A stretch of 64,000 nucleotides of DNA from Octopus vulgaris (Eukaryota), in contig OX597815.1 of NCBI GenBank assembly GCA_951406725.2, forward strand, positions 163,618,001-163,682,000, given 5' to 3'. Of the stretch, positions 1-11,994 are shown piece by piece. Made by a program: the position numbers and the translations under genes. The notes under the pieces are model-generated. The model searched no databases. It was not told the origin of the DNA and saw only the letters and a list, made by a program, of their open reading frames with translations. Each line of letters starts with the position of its first letter. Position 1 is the stretch's first letter.

Positions 1-151
1 TATAGTAGAAGACGCTTGCCCAAGGTGCTACGCAGTTGGACTGAACCCAGATCCATATGGTTGGGAAGCAAGCTTCTAATCACACACCCACTCCTGCCTC
101 TATATAATCACACACCCACTCCTGCCTCTATATAATCACACACCCACTCCT
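1..151 (-). mobile_element. SINE family A, 5' head fragment, with its first 28 bp tandemly triplicated (77-151)
   Basis: Reverse complement matches the family A head (A-box-like start, B-box GGGTTCAGTCC, then CACCTTGGGCAAG). The unit taatcacacacccactcctgcctctata starts at 77, 105 and 133. Confidence 0.8.
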
Positions 152-315
152 TCTGAAATACCGCCCGGCTTCATGGTAAATGTTCGCTCACCACCTAAAT
201 CACACAACCCCCAGACACTTTGATTCTTCACTCATTTTTTATCACAAAAGCTTTTATTTTCTTGCGGTAGTGAGAGGTGCAGCACATGTATTTAAGTTCA
301 TTTAATACACCTAAC

Positions 316-574
316 GTGGAGGCGCGTGGCTTAGTGGTTAAGGTTTCAACCCCATGATCGTAATATTGTGGTTTCAATTCCTGGACCGAGCTACGCGTTG
401 TGTTCTTGAGCAAAACACTTCATTTCACGTTGCTCCAGTCCACCCAGCTGGCAAAAATGATTAACGCTGCGATGGACTGGCGTCCCGTCCAGCTGGGGAA
501 CACATACGCCATAGAAACCGGGAAACCGGGCCCATGAGCCTGGCTAGGCTTTAAAAGGGCGCATTTATATATTT
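316..574 (+). mobile_element. tRNA-derived SINE family C, full length, with target-site duplication
   Basis: A-box TGGCTTAGTGG, B-box-like GGTTTCAATTCC and a CORE-like body GTGTTCTTGAGCAAAACACTT. Flanked by the 15-bp direct repeat tttaa(t/c)acacctaac at 301-315 and 575-589. Homologous copies at 29731-30209 and 40762-41254. Confidence 0.85.
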
Positions 575-1538
575 TTTAACACACCTAACAAGTAAACAGA
601 TTGCTCGTTATCCTATCTCCGTGTTAGTCTTCAGATCTAAGTTCTAAGCATTTTTATAATGTTTTCAACTGCTAAACAACATTCTCAAATTTCTTCCTCC
701 TCTATGTTTTCCCTATAGTCATCAACTTAAAGATCAAGATGGGTATTTAAATTTTTTTTTCCTTTTCTCAGAACATTGAAAATGCTTGTGTATGTTATTG
801 AACAATTTCATATGTGTGAACAGGGGACTGTAATATCAGCACTGAAGGTCAGTAATTGATCCAAGCAGAGATGTTTCCTATCGATCTTCAGTGTGCGGAA
901 AGGTCAGGAAAGGTCATGGGCAAAGAAACATAAATAAATATAAATACAAAGGTAACACAACAATAAAAAAGGAACAACAACAACAAAAAACGAATCAGCT
1001 CTTTGCAGGCGCAACTATATTTGTTAGTATTCGTCACAAGAGAAAAAAAAGGGAAAGCACATTAATAATTAATGCAGTTTTAATTAATCAAAATAATTTC
1101 CTTCTTTGCCTCCCTACAGAATAACAAATAATAACAAAGAACAAAACAACAATTTAAATAAAAACAGTTTACCCTGGAGTGAATATTGCTTCGTGGTATA
1201 AGAGCTGCTGCTGTATCGTGTTGCCGTAAAAACAATTTTAATCATCATTATTTTGCGGGTCGTTTGACTATGATTCTTGTCGCTCGGAGACAAAACATAT
1301 ATTGAATCAACTAAACAGGATATGTACACTTTTAAATAATTTTCTGTACGCATGGGTGGTTGTTCACATTGTTAGAAGTGTAATTGTAAGTAAAATTAGA
1401 ATCAAGTATAAGACTGCCATTTTACTTCTAACTTTTTCATGCATATGTCCCCGGTGAGTATACATACATACATATCTGTGTGTGCGTGTGCGTATATATA
1501 TATATATATATATGTACGTATACTCATCTGTCTGTCTG

Positions 1539-1582
<44 letters not shown>

Positions 1583-1608
1583 CATACATACATACATACA
1601 TACATACA

Positions 1609-1642
<34 letters not shown>

Positions 1643-1651
1643 ATTATATTT

Positions 1652-1826
1652 CGCTTGACAACAGGTGTTGAATAATTCATTTCCCCGTAACTTAGCGGGT
1701 TCGGCAAAAGAGACAGAAATAATCGGTACCGGGTTTAGAAACCAGGTGGTAGGGTCCGTTCGACCGACTAAAAGTTTTACAAGGGTGTGTCCCTGCATAA
1801 CTGCAATCTAATGACTAAAATAAATA
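1652..1826 (+). mobile_element. SINE family A, degenerate 3' half
   Basis: cgcttgacaac...ccccgtaacttagcgggttcggcaaaagagac...taatgact matches the 3' half of the full copy at 20208-20600. Confidence 0.7.
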
Positions 1827-1850
1827 CGATGGTAAAACGATATATGTATG

Positions 1851-1936
<86 letters not shown>

Positions 1937-1951
1937 AATAAATTCTTTTTC

Positions 1952-2223
1952 AGAATGAGATAAAAATCCAAAGCTGTGGAAGAATTTAGAACATTTATAA
2001 ATAGGTCTTACCGCTGTTTCCGGGATATTTTATATATCCCTTCATCGAAGATAATGTGAGAAAATGGTTATGCCATTTAATATCTTATCTAGAATAACTA
2101 TGGCATATCATTTTCTCACACCGTCTCCGATGTAGGGATATATAAAATATCCCGGAAACAGCTGTAAGACCTATTTATAAATGTTCTAAATTCTTCCACA
2201 GCCTTGGATTTTTATCTCATTCT
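1952..2223. repeat. Fold-back inverted repeat (~125-bp arms, 23-nt spacer), each arm carrying a minimal hammerhead-like motif
   Basis: 1952-2076 is the reverse complement of 2100-2223 with few mismatches. The + arm reads gtct-CCGATGT-a-gggatat/atatccc-g-GAAAC-agct-GTA-agac; the - arm reads atct-TCGATGA-a-gggatat/atatccc-g-GAAAC-agcg-GTA-agac. Confidence 0.85.
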
Positions 2224-2404
2224 CCGTCTACCTTTTCTCTTGCACTTTCATTTGTGTTCTGTTTCTGAAGAAAAGCTTTGCTCGAAAGTTAAAACTACTT
2301 TTCTTTCCTTCCCTGAGAAGCTGTTTATACTTTGCATGTAACACGTCCTCGCGTTGTCTTTCTTGTGTGCTTTTTCTTCGTTTTCTTTTCGTGGGGGTGG
2401 ATTA

Positions 2405-2406
<2 letters not shown>
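2221..2406 (+). mobile_element. Short hammerhead-bearing element (family H), diverged copy ending GGATTAAT before (TA)n
   Basis: gttt-CTGAAGA-aaagctttgctc-GAAA-gtt-aaaac at 2261-2295, followed by acgtcctcgcgttgt...ggattaat as in the 36788-36990 copy. Confidence 0.65.
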
Positions 2407-2446
<40 letters not shown>

Positions 2447-2454
2447 CACACACG

Positions 2455-2574
<120 letters not shown>

Positions 2575-2599
2575 ATATATATATACACAGTATATATAT

Positions 2600-3645
2600 G
2601 TATTGGTAAAATTGCTGTTACTGTTCAGATATCATAAGAAAAAGGTAATTAAAATTCATTAAAATGACAGATCTATCGGACTTTCAAAGAGGTTAAATTG
2701 TTGGTGCACGTATAGCAGGCGCTGGCATAACGAAAACAGTCGAAATATTTGATGTATCAAAAAGTACTGTCTCGAAAGTAATGACAGACTTTCAGAAAGA
2801 GGGAAAAACTCCTCGTCGAAACAATACCCGGAAAAAACCCAAAAACTTTCAGACAGACACCGTTGGATTCTTACGCGAATTCTTAGAAAGGACCACAAAA
2901 GTACAGCTCCCAAAATTACTGCAGAGCTTAATGACCATCTTGGGAATCCATTTGCCACAAAACATTTCTTCGCGAGTAGCACAAATTCGGATTTCACGGG
3001 AGGGCTGCAATCAGAAAACCACTACTTTCAAAAACAAACATTGTAAAGCGTTTAGAATGGAGTAAAACCTACAGAATTGGTCCCTAGAGTTGTGGAAGAA
3101 TGTTATTTTCTCGGACAAGTCATCCTTTACCACCGACCGTGTAAACGTGTGGAGGCAGCCAAAAGAAGCATTTGACCTAGACTGCCTTCTTCCAGCTCTT
3201 AAACATGGAGCCGGATCTGTGATGATCTGGGGGTTGGGCTATATCTTGGAATTCCTCCGGCCCAATGGTTTCCTTTCACGGCAGAATTAATAGTCAAGGC
3301 TGTTTAAGCATTTTATTTGATTAAATTCATCCTATGGTTACAGAACTGTTTCCAGGGAGAAACTCTATCTTTCAGAATGATAATGCACCGATTCACACAG
3401 CTAAAGTTGCTACATAATGGCACGAGGAACATTCTAGTGAAGTTGGACAACTTATCTGGCCATCAGAGTCCCCAGATCTCAATATTATTGAACATTTATT
3501 GGACAAAATTTCTTTTGGAAACAATTCAAACTTTTACGAGTCCATATCCCGTAGAATTCAAACTGTAATTTCTACCAAAGACGATCTTACACCATAGTAA
3601 AATTGCTTGAAATTTTAAGGTGTTTCCATTATTTTGTCCAACCCC
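2600..3645 (+). mobile_element. Decayed Tc1/mariner DNA transposon; only the right TIR is recognisable
   Basis: Transposase remnant at 2664-3600, then a TIR-like end ggtgtttccattattttgtccaacccc at 3619-3645. No matching left TIR seen. Confidence 0.85.
2664..3600 (+). pseudogene. Tc1-like transposase pseudogene with DD36E spacing; stops and frameshifts
   Basis: Manual translation gives MTDLSDFQRG*IVGARIAGAGITKTVEIFDVSKSTVSKVM (paired-like HTH), WKNVIFSDKSSF, KHGAGSVMIWG and FQNDNAPIHTAKVAT*WHEEHSSEVGQLIWPSESPDLNIIEHL. Confidence 0.92.
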
Positions 3646-4631
3646 AACACACACACACACACACACACATACACACACACACATATATATATATATTAAC
3701 ATATATTAACTATCTAGCCCTCATTTTTCAAGATATCTTTTCGCTAACTCCCATTATATATAAATCTCTCTCTCACACTCTCTCTCACTCTCTCTCTCTT
3801 TCTCACTTATCTACTTACTCATACGCACGCACACTTGAAAAAATACATCCATTCTAAGATTCTTCATACATAGACTTATGCGATACAATAGATATATACA
3901 GTAAAGACTACTAGTATATGTTGCAGTTTGTGCATAATCTACATGCAACAAGCACATTCATTAACATAACACCATACCCACAAATGCTTATGTATTCGCG
4001 TATATTCTCTTTTCCGTTTATTTGCATGGATCAGTAATTCATCATATGCATATACCTTTACTCATGTTGAAACCCAAATATACACACAAATTCATAAATA
4101 TACAACATATTCAAACGTGGATGCACATTTACTATACACGTACAGATTCACGCGTATAAATACGCATATCATACATTCACAGAGTCAAGACTTGCTAATA
4201 GACAAATTGCTAAGGTGAAGCACGTTCAAACAACACACAAAAGCTATTAAACATTTATGCACATATTCAAATACCCAGTCACATACAAGATATGTATGAA
4301 TGAATGTGTGTGCGCCGCGCGTGCGCATATATGAATGTGCTTTGTATGCAGGAATATATGTATCTTCGTGCATACATACCTATACATACATACATACATA
4401 CATACATACATGCATACATACAATCATACATACATGCATACATACATGCATACATATATATATATATATATGTGCGTGTGTGTGCGTGTGTGTGTGCGTG
4501 TGTGCGTATGCGTGTCTGTGTACTTACACGCATACAAACACACAAACATATATTTATGGACAAATACGTGCAAAAATGCGTGCTTGTGAATGTATGCATA
4601 TATACATATATACACACACACTTCTATATAC

Positions 4632-4662
<31 letters not shown>

Positions 4663-4721
4663 TAAATATAGTATATGATATATATATATATATATATCAT
4701 ATACTATATTTTTGTGTGTAT

Positions 4722-4760
<39 letters not shown>

Positions 4761-4772
4761 AATATAGTATAT

Positions 4773-4819
<47 letters not shown>

Positions 4820-4923
4820 TATATTTATGTGTGTATATATATATATATATATATTTATACACACATAAATATAGTATATGATATATATATATATATATAT
4901 ATACCTTAAAACTTCACTTAGTC

Positions 4924-4954
<31 letters not shown>

Positions 4955-4968
4955 AAAACTTCACTTAG

Positions 4969-5036
<68 letters not shown>

Positions 5037-5148
5037 ATTAGAAACAAAACACCTTTTATCAATTCAATAGTGAACAAATAAATTATACCATCTAGAGAAT
5101 TACATATTATAGAATTATTCCCTGTAAGTTTGGAATAATATTCCCTCA

Positions 5149-5231
<83 letters not shown>

Positions 5232-5249
5232 CCTTACAATTTCACTTTG

Positions 5250-5283
<34 letters not shown>

Positions 5284-6224
5284 TTGTGTCTGTGGGTAGA
5301 TATACACATATATAAACGTATATATAAACGTATATATAGACGTTCACCTCACACTCCCACACACATGCATATATATATATACATGATGTATACATACATA
5401 TACACATTCAAATACTTGTTTGTAAATTCAAATTAAATATTTCGTTCGTTAACACAGGAGTGAACAACGAATATGCATCTTAATATATATATATTTTTCA
5501 CGAAGCCAAATATGTAAATACAGTGAGAGGAATTTGTAATCCCACTGGCGGAGGTACGAGTGCATTAACATATTCCCTATTGTTTAAAAACAGAGATATA
5601 TTTTCAGAATTTTTGTGAAATAAATGAAAAGGTGCTAACACTGTGAAGGTAGGAAAAACCACTTTGCAATAATAACGGAAGCATATTTTCAAGCGAGATG
5701 CTATACCGATGCAATGTAGTCACAACCAGGAAATATAAAACAATATAGACTGTGTATGCTAGAGAGATAGAACGATTAATATTCAGGCTGTTGCGAAATT
5801 TCACGGTACATTATATCTACTTGGGTATCTTGCTTGGCTCACACAAACACACACACACACACACACGTGCGCGCATTCCTATATGTGTGTGTGTGTATCT
5901 ATGTATATATTTATATGTATGTATATATATATAGATGTATGTATATATGTATGTATAGATATGCATTTACATATATATATGTATGTATATGTATATATAT
6001 ATGTATGTATATGTATATATATATTTATATGTATATATACCAATTAAGGACTGAACACGAAAAGTGGACAGTCAACATGCTAGATATAGACGTCAAATCG
6101 CCATTCACCACAAAATATTATGTTCTCAGATCAAACTCAACAAGAATCTTCGGATTCTTTTTTAATATGCTAGACCACTGGTCTTAATTGATAAATATCA
6201 ATTTCTACCCTTAATTAATTTTAT

Positions 6225-6350
6225 ATATTTATATGTATATACATATATATATGTATGTACGTATGTATATATATATATGTATATATATGTATTCATATGT
6301 ATGTATATATATATATGTATATATATGTATTCATATGTATATATGTATGC

Positions 6351-6382
<32 letters not shown>

Positions 6383-6716
6383 GTATTCATATGTATGTAT
6401 ATATATATATATGCATATATATATGTATATATGTATATATATATATGTCTTCATATATATGTGTATATATTTATATATATGCATATATATATGTATATAT
6501 GTATTCATATGTATGTATGTATATATATATACATATATATATGTATATATGTATATATATATGCATATATATATGTATATATGTATATATGTATATATAT
6601 ATGTATGTATATGCATGTATGTATATATATATTTATATATACACATACATATATGCACATACACACACGTACACATACGCATACGCAGACACATATATGC
6701 ATGCATATAGTGTATG

Positions 6717-6773
<57 letters not shown>
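6225..6773. repeat. Compound (TA)n/(TG) microsatellite tract
   Basis: Directly visible; source of the Y/I/C/M-rich pseudo-ORFs. Confidence 0.95.
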
Positions 6774-6775
<2 letters not shown>

Positions 6776-7121
6776 TGCATAACCCTTTGTTTTGTGTCAG
6801 GAATATAGTGACAAGCATATATTGGAAAGAATTAAGGAAAATAAAAAGTTAAAACAATATTGAAATAAGGTAAAGATTTTAGTTTTTAACACCATCTGCT
6901 TCCACGCACGGCATTGTCATCTTCTGATGTATTGTCTCTAAAGAGTGAATTATTTCGCGAAGAACATGAGGAATACGAAAATGACTGTATAAAAAGAATC
7001 ATTCAGCTATTTCTCTGAACTGACTGGATGGAAGAGGCTGAGGAGAATAGCATCTGTGAGTTGTCAAGGTTACTAGTGTATTAGATGAGATCTCGATGTA
7101 AAATCAGTGATAGTTAGATCA

Positions 7122-7153
7122 GTAGGTAGGTAGATAGATAGATAGATAGATAG

Positions 7154-7215
<62 letters not shown>

Positions 7216-7249
7216 GCAGATAGATAGATAGATAGGCAGATAGATAGGC

Positions 7250-7326
<77 letters not shown>
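7122..7326. repeat. (TAGA)n tetranucleotide microsatellite
   Basis: Directly visible. Confidence 0.97.
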
Positions 7327-7327
<1 letters not shown>

Positions 7328-7625
7328 CTTTTATCTCACCGTTCTTGCCTTACTAAATGTAATGATACGCTCATATACACGTAGACAAAGATATATTCTG
7401 ACGAATATGACAACAATCTTATCTGCCTGTGTCTCAGTATGTATGCATGTATGTACACTAATAACCTTACACTTCTCAAGATGGTTACTAAAAATATTTT
7501 TGATAAATTATAAAGCTAACAATTTTGAAAATGAGGAATTTTATATTTTCAGTAATTGCATCTTAATGAGTTAACTGAATGTTTTAACTATCCTGTTGAG
7601 AAATGTGTGTTTTTAAATATACATG

Positions 7626-7697
<72 letters not shown>

Positions 7698-7905
7698 CAC
7701 TCACTCACTCACTCACTCACTCACTCACACACTCACTCACTCACTCACTCACTCACTCACTCACTCAAACATGTAGTGTCAGAGAACATTGCAGTCATGT
7801 TCTTATGTAAGTAAATGTGTATACATGTGTGTATATACGTCTCATTATACTCACACAGAGAGGTGCAGAAGGATATATATGTATATATATGTATATGTAT
7901 ATATG

Positions 7906-7956
<51 letters not shown>

Positions 7957-8140
7957 TCATTAAATTTACTGCGGTGATATTTTGACCATATCGCACGAGG
8001 AGTTATAGGCGGGCACTTTAAACTGGTCGTGTGCATACGTGCATATATATGTATGTATACGTTCGTATATGTGGGTATTCGCATGTTATATTTATAATTT
8101 TTACTCATTTATATGTGTATTTATGTTACTATCTGTGTAT

Positions 8141-8191
8141 ATTCCGCTGATGAGGCAAAGCATTTCTTATGCCGAATCAGAAATCCGGGAT
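8141..8191 (+). ncRNA. Type I hammerhead-like motif, probably inactivated (one core A missing)
   Basis: Stem I attccg/cgggat (6 bp), core CTGATGA at 8147-8153, stem II GGCA-AAG/CTT-A-TGCC, then GAA-T-cagaa-ATC instead of GAAA-N...NUH. Lies in a ~390-bp insert bounded by (TA)n. Confidence 0.55.
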
Positions 8192-8671
8192 CTGGAATTA
8201 TCCTGAAAATTTTTTGCTAGCTTAATTTGTCCTTTTGTCTTCTCTCCTGGTTCTGTATGAACATTTAATGTGATTTTAGAGTAAAGTTTTGACTGCCATT
8301 TCCTGCGTGATGGTATCTCTTAGATACCCTAAATTATAATTATATATATATATATAATACAAAAATGGGACACGAACACAAAACATCCGGACAGTTAGGT
8401 GATACAAAAAAGGGACAATAAAACATCCAGACAGACAATACAAAGGAAACAAGGACGGGTCATTCGGAGTTGTCTTTCCTCAGTCGATTTCCAGATTATC
8501 TTTGCAATTTCGGCTGGTTATACTCGAGATTGCTCTAATCTGGCCAGCTCTAAAGAAAAAATAAGCTAAGGGCATTACATTCCTTGGAAGAAAGCAGCAA
8601 ATGTTAATAAAAACAATCATAACAATAAAAACTTCGTTTCGATCTTGGAGGACAACCCCAACAGAATTAAA

Positions 8672-9065
8672 TTTTTGTCTAGTAATTCTAAGATTAAGAA
8701 TTCTATTTACCAGTGTAGAATTTCTTCCGGTACCGAGGTCTTCTTCTATATAGGAGCGTCCACTTCCTAGTTATCCAAGAGAATTTCAAACCACTACTCA
8801 ACATTCAGGGATAGTAAAAAAACGACATAGTACAGAGCTAAGTAAATTAGTTTGGCGTCTTAAAGACAACAATATAAATTTCAAGTTAGATTGGTTCATA
8901 CTGTCTGTATCCTTTCCTTTTGATAAGGGCAGGAGATTTTGTAACATTTGTAACTCTGAACTCTTCCATATTCTTTTCTCTAAGGTTCCCCTAGTAAACA
9001 CACTCATAGAAAAATCATACAAATGTAAACACTGGCAGAAACAGACTTTCTACTCATATAAATGA
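8672..9065 (+). pseudogene. Penelope-like retroelement C-terminal GIY-YIG endonuclease remnant
   Basis: Manual translation gives NSIYQCRISSGTEVFFYIGASTS*LSKRISNHYSTF, a frameshift, then RHSTELSKLVWRLKDNNINFKLDWFILSVSFPFDKGRRFCNICNSELFHILFSKVPLVNTLIEKSYKCKHW...*. It has the IY-YIG motif, the R...H segment, CxxCxxE, the conserved N and a terminal CxH. Confidence 0.85.
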
Positions 9066-9523
9066 TAACGATAGTCACTGTGGTTTGAACAATTAGCTTT
9101 ACGTCCACCCCACTGCTATAGAGAAATTATTTCCTAAGCCTTCGAACATTCTTTCAATCAACGTACCCTTCCCTCTCCACTTGTTCCCTACCTATTATTC
9201 CTTTATACCTTCTCTTCCTACTATCTATCTTTGACGTCTGTCTCTCTCTCACACACACAATCACACACACAGACACAAATGCACTTATACAAACACACAT
9301 ACACACACACAAACACACGCACTCATTAACACAAGCACACACCCACACATTTCCATGCATACAGAAAACATACTGTTCCCTACCTATTATTACTTTATCC
9401 CTTCTCTTCCTACTATCTATTTTTGACGTCAATTCTTCTTTTAAAAAAACACTCATTATGGCTTTGTTTACCATGTAGGCAATCATCGAAATTTTTGTTT
9501 GTATTGTTGTCGAGAGAGGCTCT

Positions 9524-9614
9524 CTTTCTTTCCTGATGAGAAGATTGCATAATGCACCCTTTATTCCTTTGGAATGAAAACATGCTGTCTTTGAAACATG
9601 TGTCGAGAGTAAAG
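9524..9614 (+). ncRNA. Minimal type I hammerhead ribozyme with canonical core
   Basis: Stem I ctttctttc/gagag(t)aaag; CTGATGA at 9533-9539; stem II gaagattgcat/atgctgtcttt with an inner hairpin ttattcc-ttt-ggaatga; GAAAC at 9593-9597; loop ATGT (palindrome ACATGT); GUC cleavage triplet at 9602-9604. Confidence 0.8.
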
Positions 9615-9658
9615 GAATTTTGTTAACATCTTCGTTCGACTCCATTCTTTCATTAATA

Positions 9659-9703
<45 letters not shown>

Positions 9704-9999
9704 ATATATATATACACACACACACAGAGAATAACGGACAGATTCAACATACATTGATAAGTTTTCAAAGGCATCAAACATTTTTGAAAAAAGCAGAAGA
9801 AAATTATAAATGAATGGAAATCGAACCGGTGAGTGTGTTACATATTAAGGCATTAAGGCAGTATGACTCTCCCCAGACACAACAAAATTTGCTTCAACAC
9901 ACGAATTCACATTATCTGGCAAACCAGATGCAAAACGAATCATTAATACAGAGATATAGATATTGATATCTGTATATATATATCCCTCCACACACACAT

Positions 10000-10030
<31 letters not shown>

Positions 10031-10119
10031 CACATATATATGTGTGTGTATGTTTTATGTGCCACTGTATATATAAATAGAGATATAGATATCCCTCTCT
10101 CTCTCTTTATATATATATC

Positions 10120-10469
10120 TCAAAATAAGCAACAAGGATATCCAGAGTTAGCGCAGTATAAGCGTTTCATTCAACTTCATTTTATTGAACAATGCAATCA
10201 TTACATCAATTTAAAATGCAAAGCAATTTTAGCTGCTCAAAGACACAGAATTTAATTAAATTAGAAGAGATGGGCACATTAGTATAATTATACCTAAAAT
10301 CTCGAAGAAGTTAAGGAGATAGATAAAGAACATACTGTTCTTACTCCAGCATAGAAGTTACTAAGCTCTGCATTTTAAATTGATGTAATGATTGCAATGT
10401 TCAATCAAATGGAGTTGCATGAAACGATCGTACTGCATTACCGCTCCATATCCTTGTTGCTTATTTTGA
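10120..10469. repeat. Imperfect inverted repeat (~105-bp arms, ~140-nt spacer)
   Basis: tcaaaataagcaacaaggatat...aatttaaaatgca (10120-10224) is the reverse complement of 10365-10469. Confidence 0.85.
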
Positions 10470-10586
10470 TTTTAATTACCTAATTTTGAAATTGTATGGT
10501 TAATACCTTACTAAATTCTGGTGCCTCAACTTAAGTACCATATTCATCTGAATCTAAATTTTTCCTGAACTCATCTACCATACCCA

Positions 10587-10634
<48 letters not shown>

Positions 10635-11034
10635 GTACACACAAACATATGTACATATATATGTGTGTTTGTGGTGTGTGTGTGTGTATGCGAGTGCGTG
10701 CGTTGTGTAGGTGTGTGCGCGTTTGTGTGCACTTTTTGTGCATGCGTAAATTGTCTGTTGTGAAGGAATTCTAGTGTTTGAACTTTCGACTTTCAGAATA
10801 TAAGTTTTAGATTAGAAAGACATTAGTACGGATCCTGGAAGTGACACAATGTAAAAGTACAAAAGTAGCGGTGATGGTCGTGGCGGACAGGTCGCAGTAG
10901 ATTTGCTTTGAAACTAGCTAATTCGAAGTATTAATTTTCCATTCTAATACTTGTATCATAGGCAGGGTGATGAGACAACGTTTGTGCAGGATAGTGGCGT
11001 CTGTGTGTTGATGTTTTGCGTGTTGTATTGTGTT

Positions 11035-11137
11035 TTCTTCTTCTTCTTCTTCCTATTCTCCATTTTCTTCTTCTTCTTCTTCTTCTTCTTCTTCTTCTTC
11101 TTCTTCTTCTTCTTCTTCTTCTTCTTCTTCTTCTTCT
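11035..11137. repeat. (CTT)n trinucleotide microsatellite
   Basis: Directly visible; source of the poly-F, poly-L and poly-R pseudo-ORFs. Confidence 0.97.
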
Positions 11138-11444
11138 GTGTGTAGCGATGCGTGTATATGAGTGTTGGAGCAGCACCGTCTCAGATGTGAAACTAATGTA
11201 GACTGATGTTGCTGTTACTTAGACTGTAAGCGTGCGTTTTGAGCAACCAGTACGTGATGCTTCATTATAGCTATTTCATTAGAAAATGTAACAACGTCAC
11301 AATGCCGTGCTTGCATCTTTTCAGCAGGAGTTATCGCACGTTCGTGGACAACCGTGTCCGTGAAAGGTCAGCAAATTAACCTATCGCATTGGTGTGTGAC
11401 ATCATGTAAAACACTACTGTATGTGCGTTGTGCGTGTGTGTTTC

Positions 11445-11514
<70 letters not shown>

Positions 11515-11571
11515 ATATATATATATATATATCCATCTATCTATCTATCTATTTATCTATCTATCTATCTG

Positions 11572-11608
<37 letters not shown>

Positions 11609-11621
11609 ATATATATATATA

Positions 11622-11994
11622 CTAGCAGTATCGCCCGGCGTTGCTCAGGTTTGTAAGGGAAATAACTATAAAGCATTTTTAGAGAGTTATAGCCAAAAAA
11701 TGGAAAAAAATATGGTAAATTTTTTTTGAGAGTTAAAAATGGATGGAGTTGCGTCCCCTAGACAGTTTGTGGTTCGTGTTTCTGATTCTCGACCCCATGC
11801 CGAATTTATCGATTTTTTTCAGAACTGGGGGAACTTTTCAAAATTTTCGCTGCGTTAGTTTTGAATTATGACATTGGGCTATGTGTGTGTCAAGTTTCAT
11901 CAGAATCGGTTGAAAGCCGTGGTCAGGGTGAGGGTACAAGCAAACAGACACACAGAAACACGCACAGACAAACTGCCGTTTATATATAGAGAGA
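11622..11994 (-). mobile_element. Non-autonomous Helitron (~375 bp)
   Basis: On the - strand it starts TC (tctctctatatataaacggcag) and ends cctgagcaacgccgggcgatactgCTAG, with a GC-rich subterminal hairpin. Inserted between A and T without TSD. A close copy lies at 25386-25768. Confidence 0.85.

Larger units (their letters stand above)
8672..9660 (+). mobile_element. 5'-truncated Penelope-like element: endonuclease, 3' pLTR with hammerhead, ending at (TA)n
   Basis: GIY-YIG remnant, a ~57-bp direct repeat (9182-9238 and 9374-9430), a same-strand hammerhead at 9524-9614 and an abrupt end into (TA)n at 9661. Confidence 0.7.

Noticed and set aside
838-895. Short hairpin cactgaaggtc...gatcttcagtg with CTGAAGA...GAAAC on the - strand
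   Set aside because: No valid stem II, cleavage triplet or stem I; an 11-bp inverted match is not enough to call.
1364-1420. MAVLYLILILLTITLLTM on the - strand, resembling a signal peptide
   Set aside because: It terminates at TGA after 18 codons with no convincing donor site or downstream exon.
8452-8490. Minus-strand CTGAGGA...CGAATGACCCGTC hammerhead-like string
   Set aside because: Stem I does not pair, stem II is poor and GAAA is absent.
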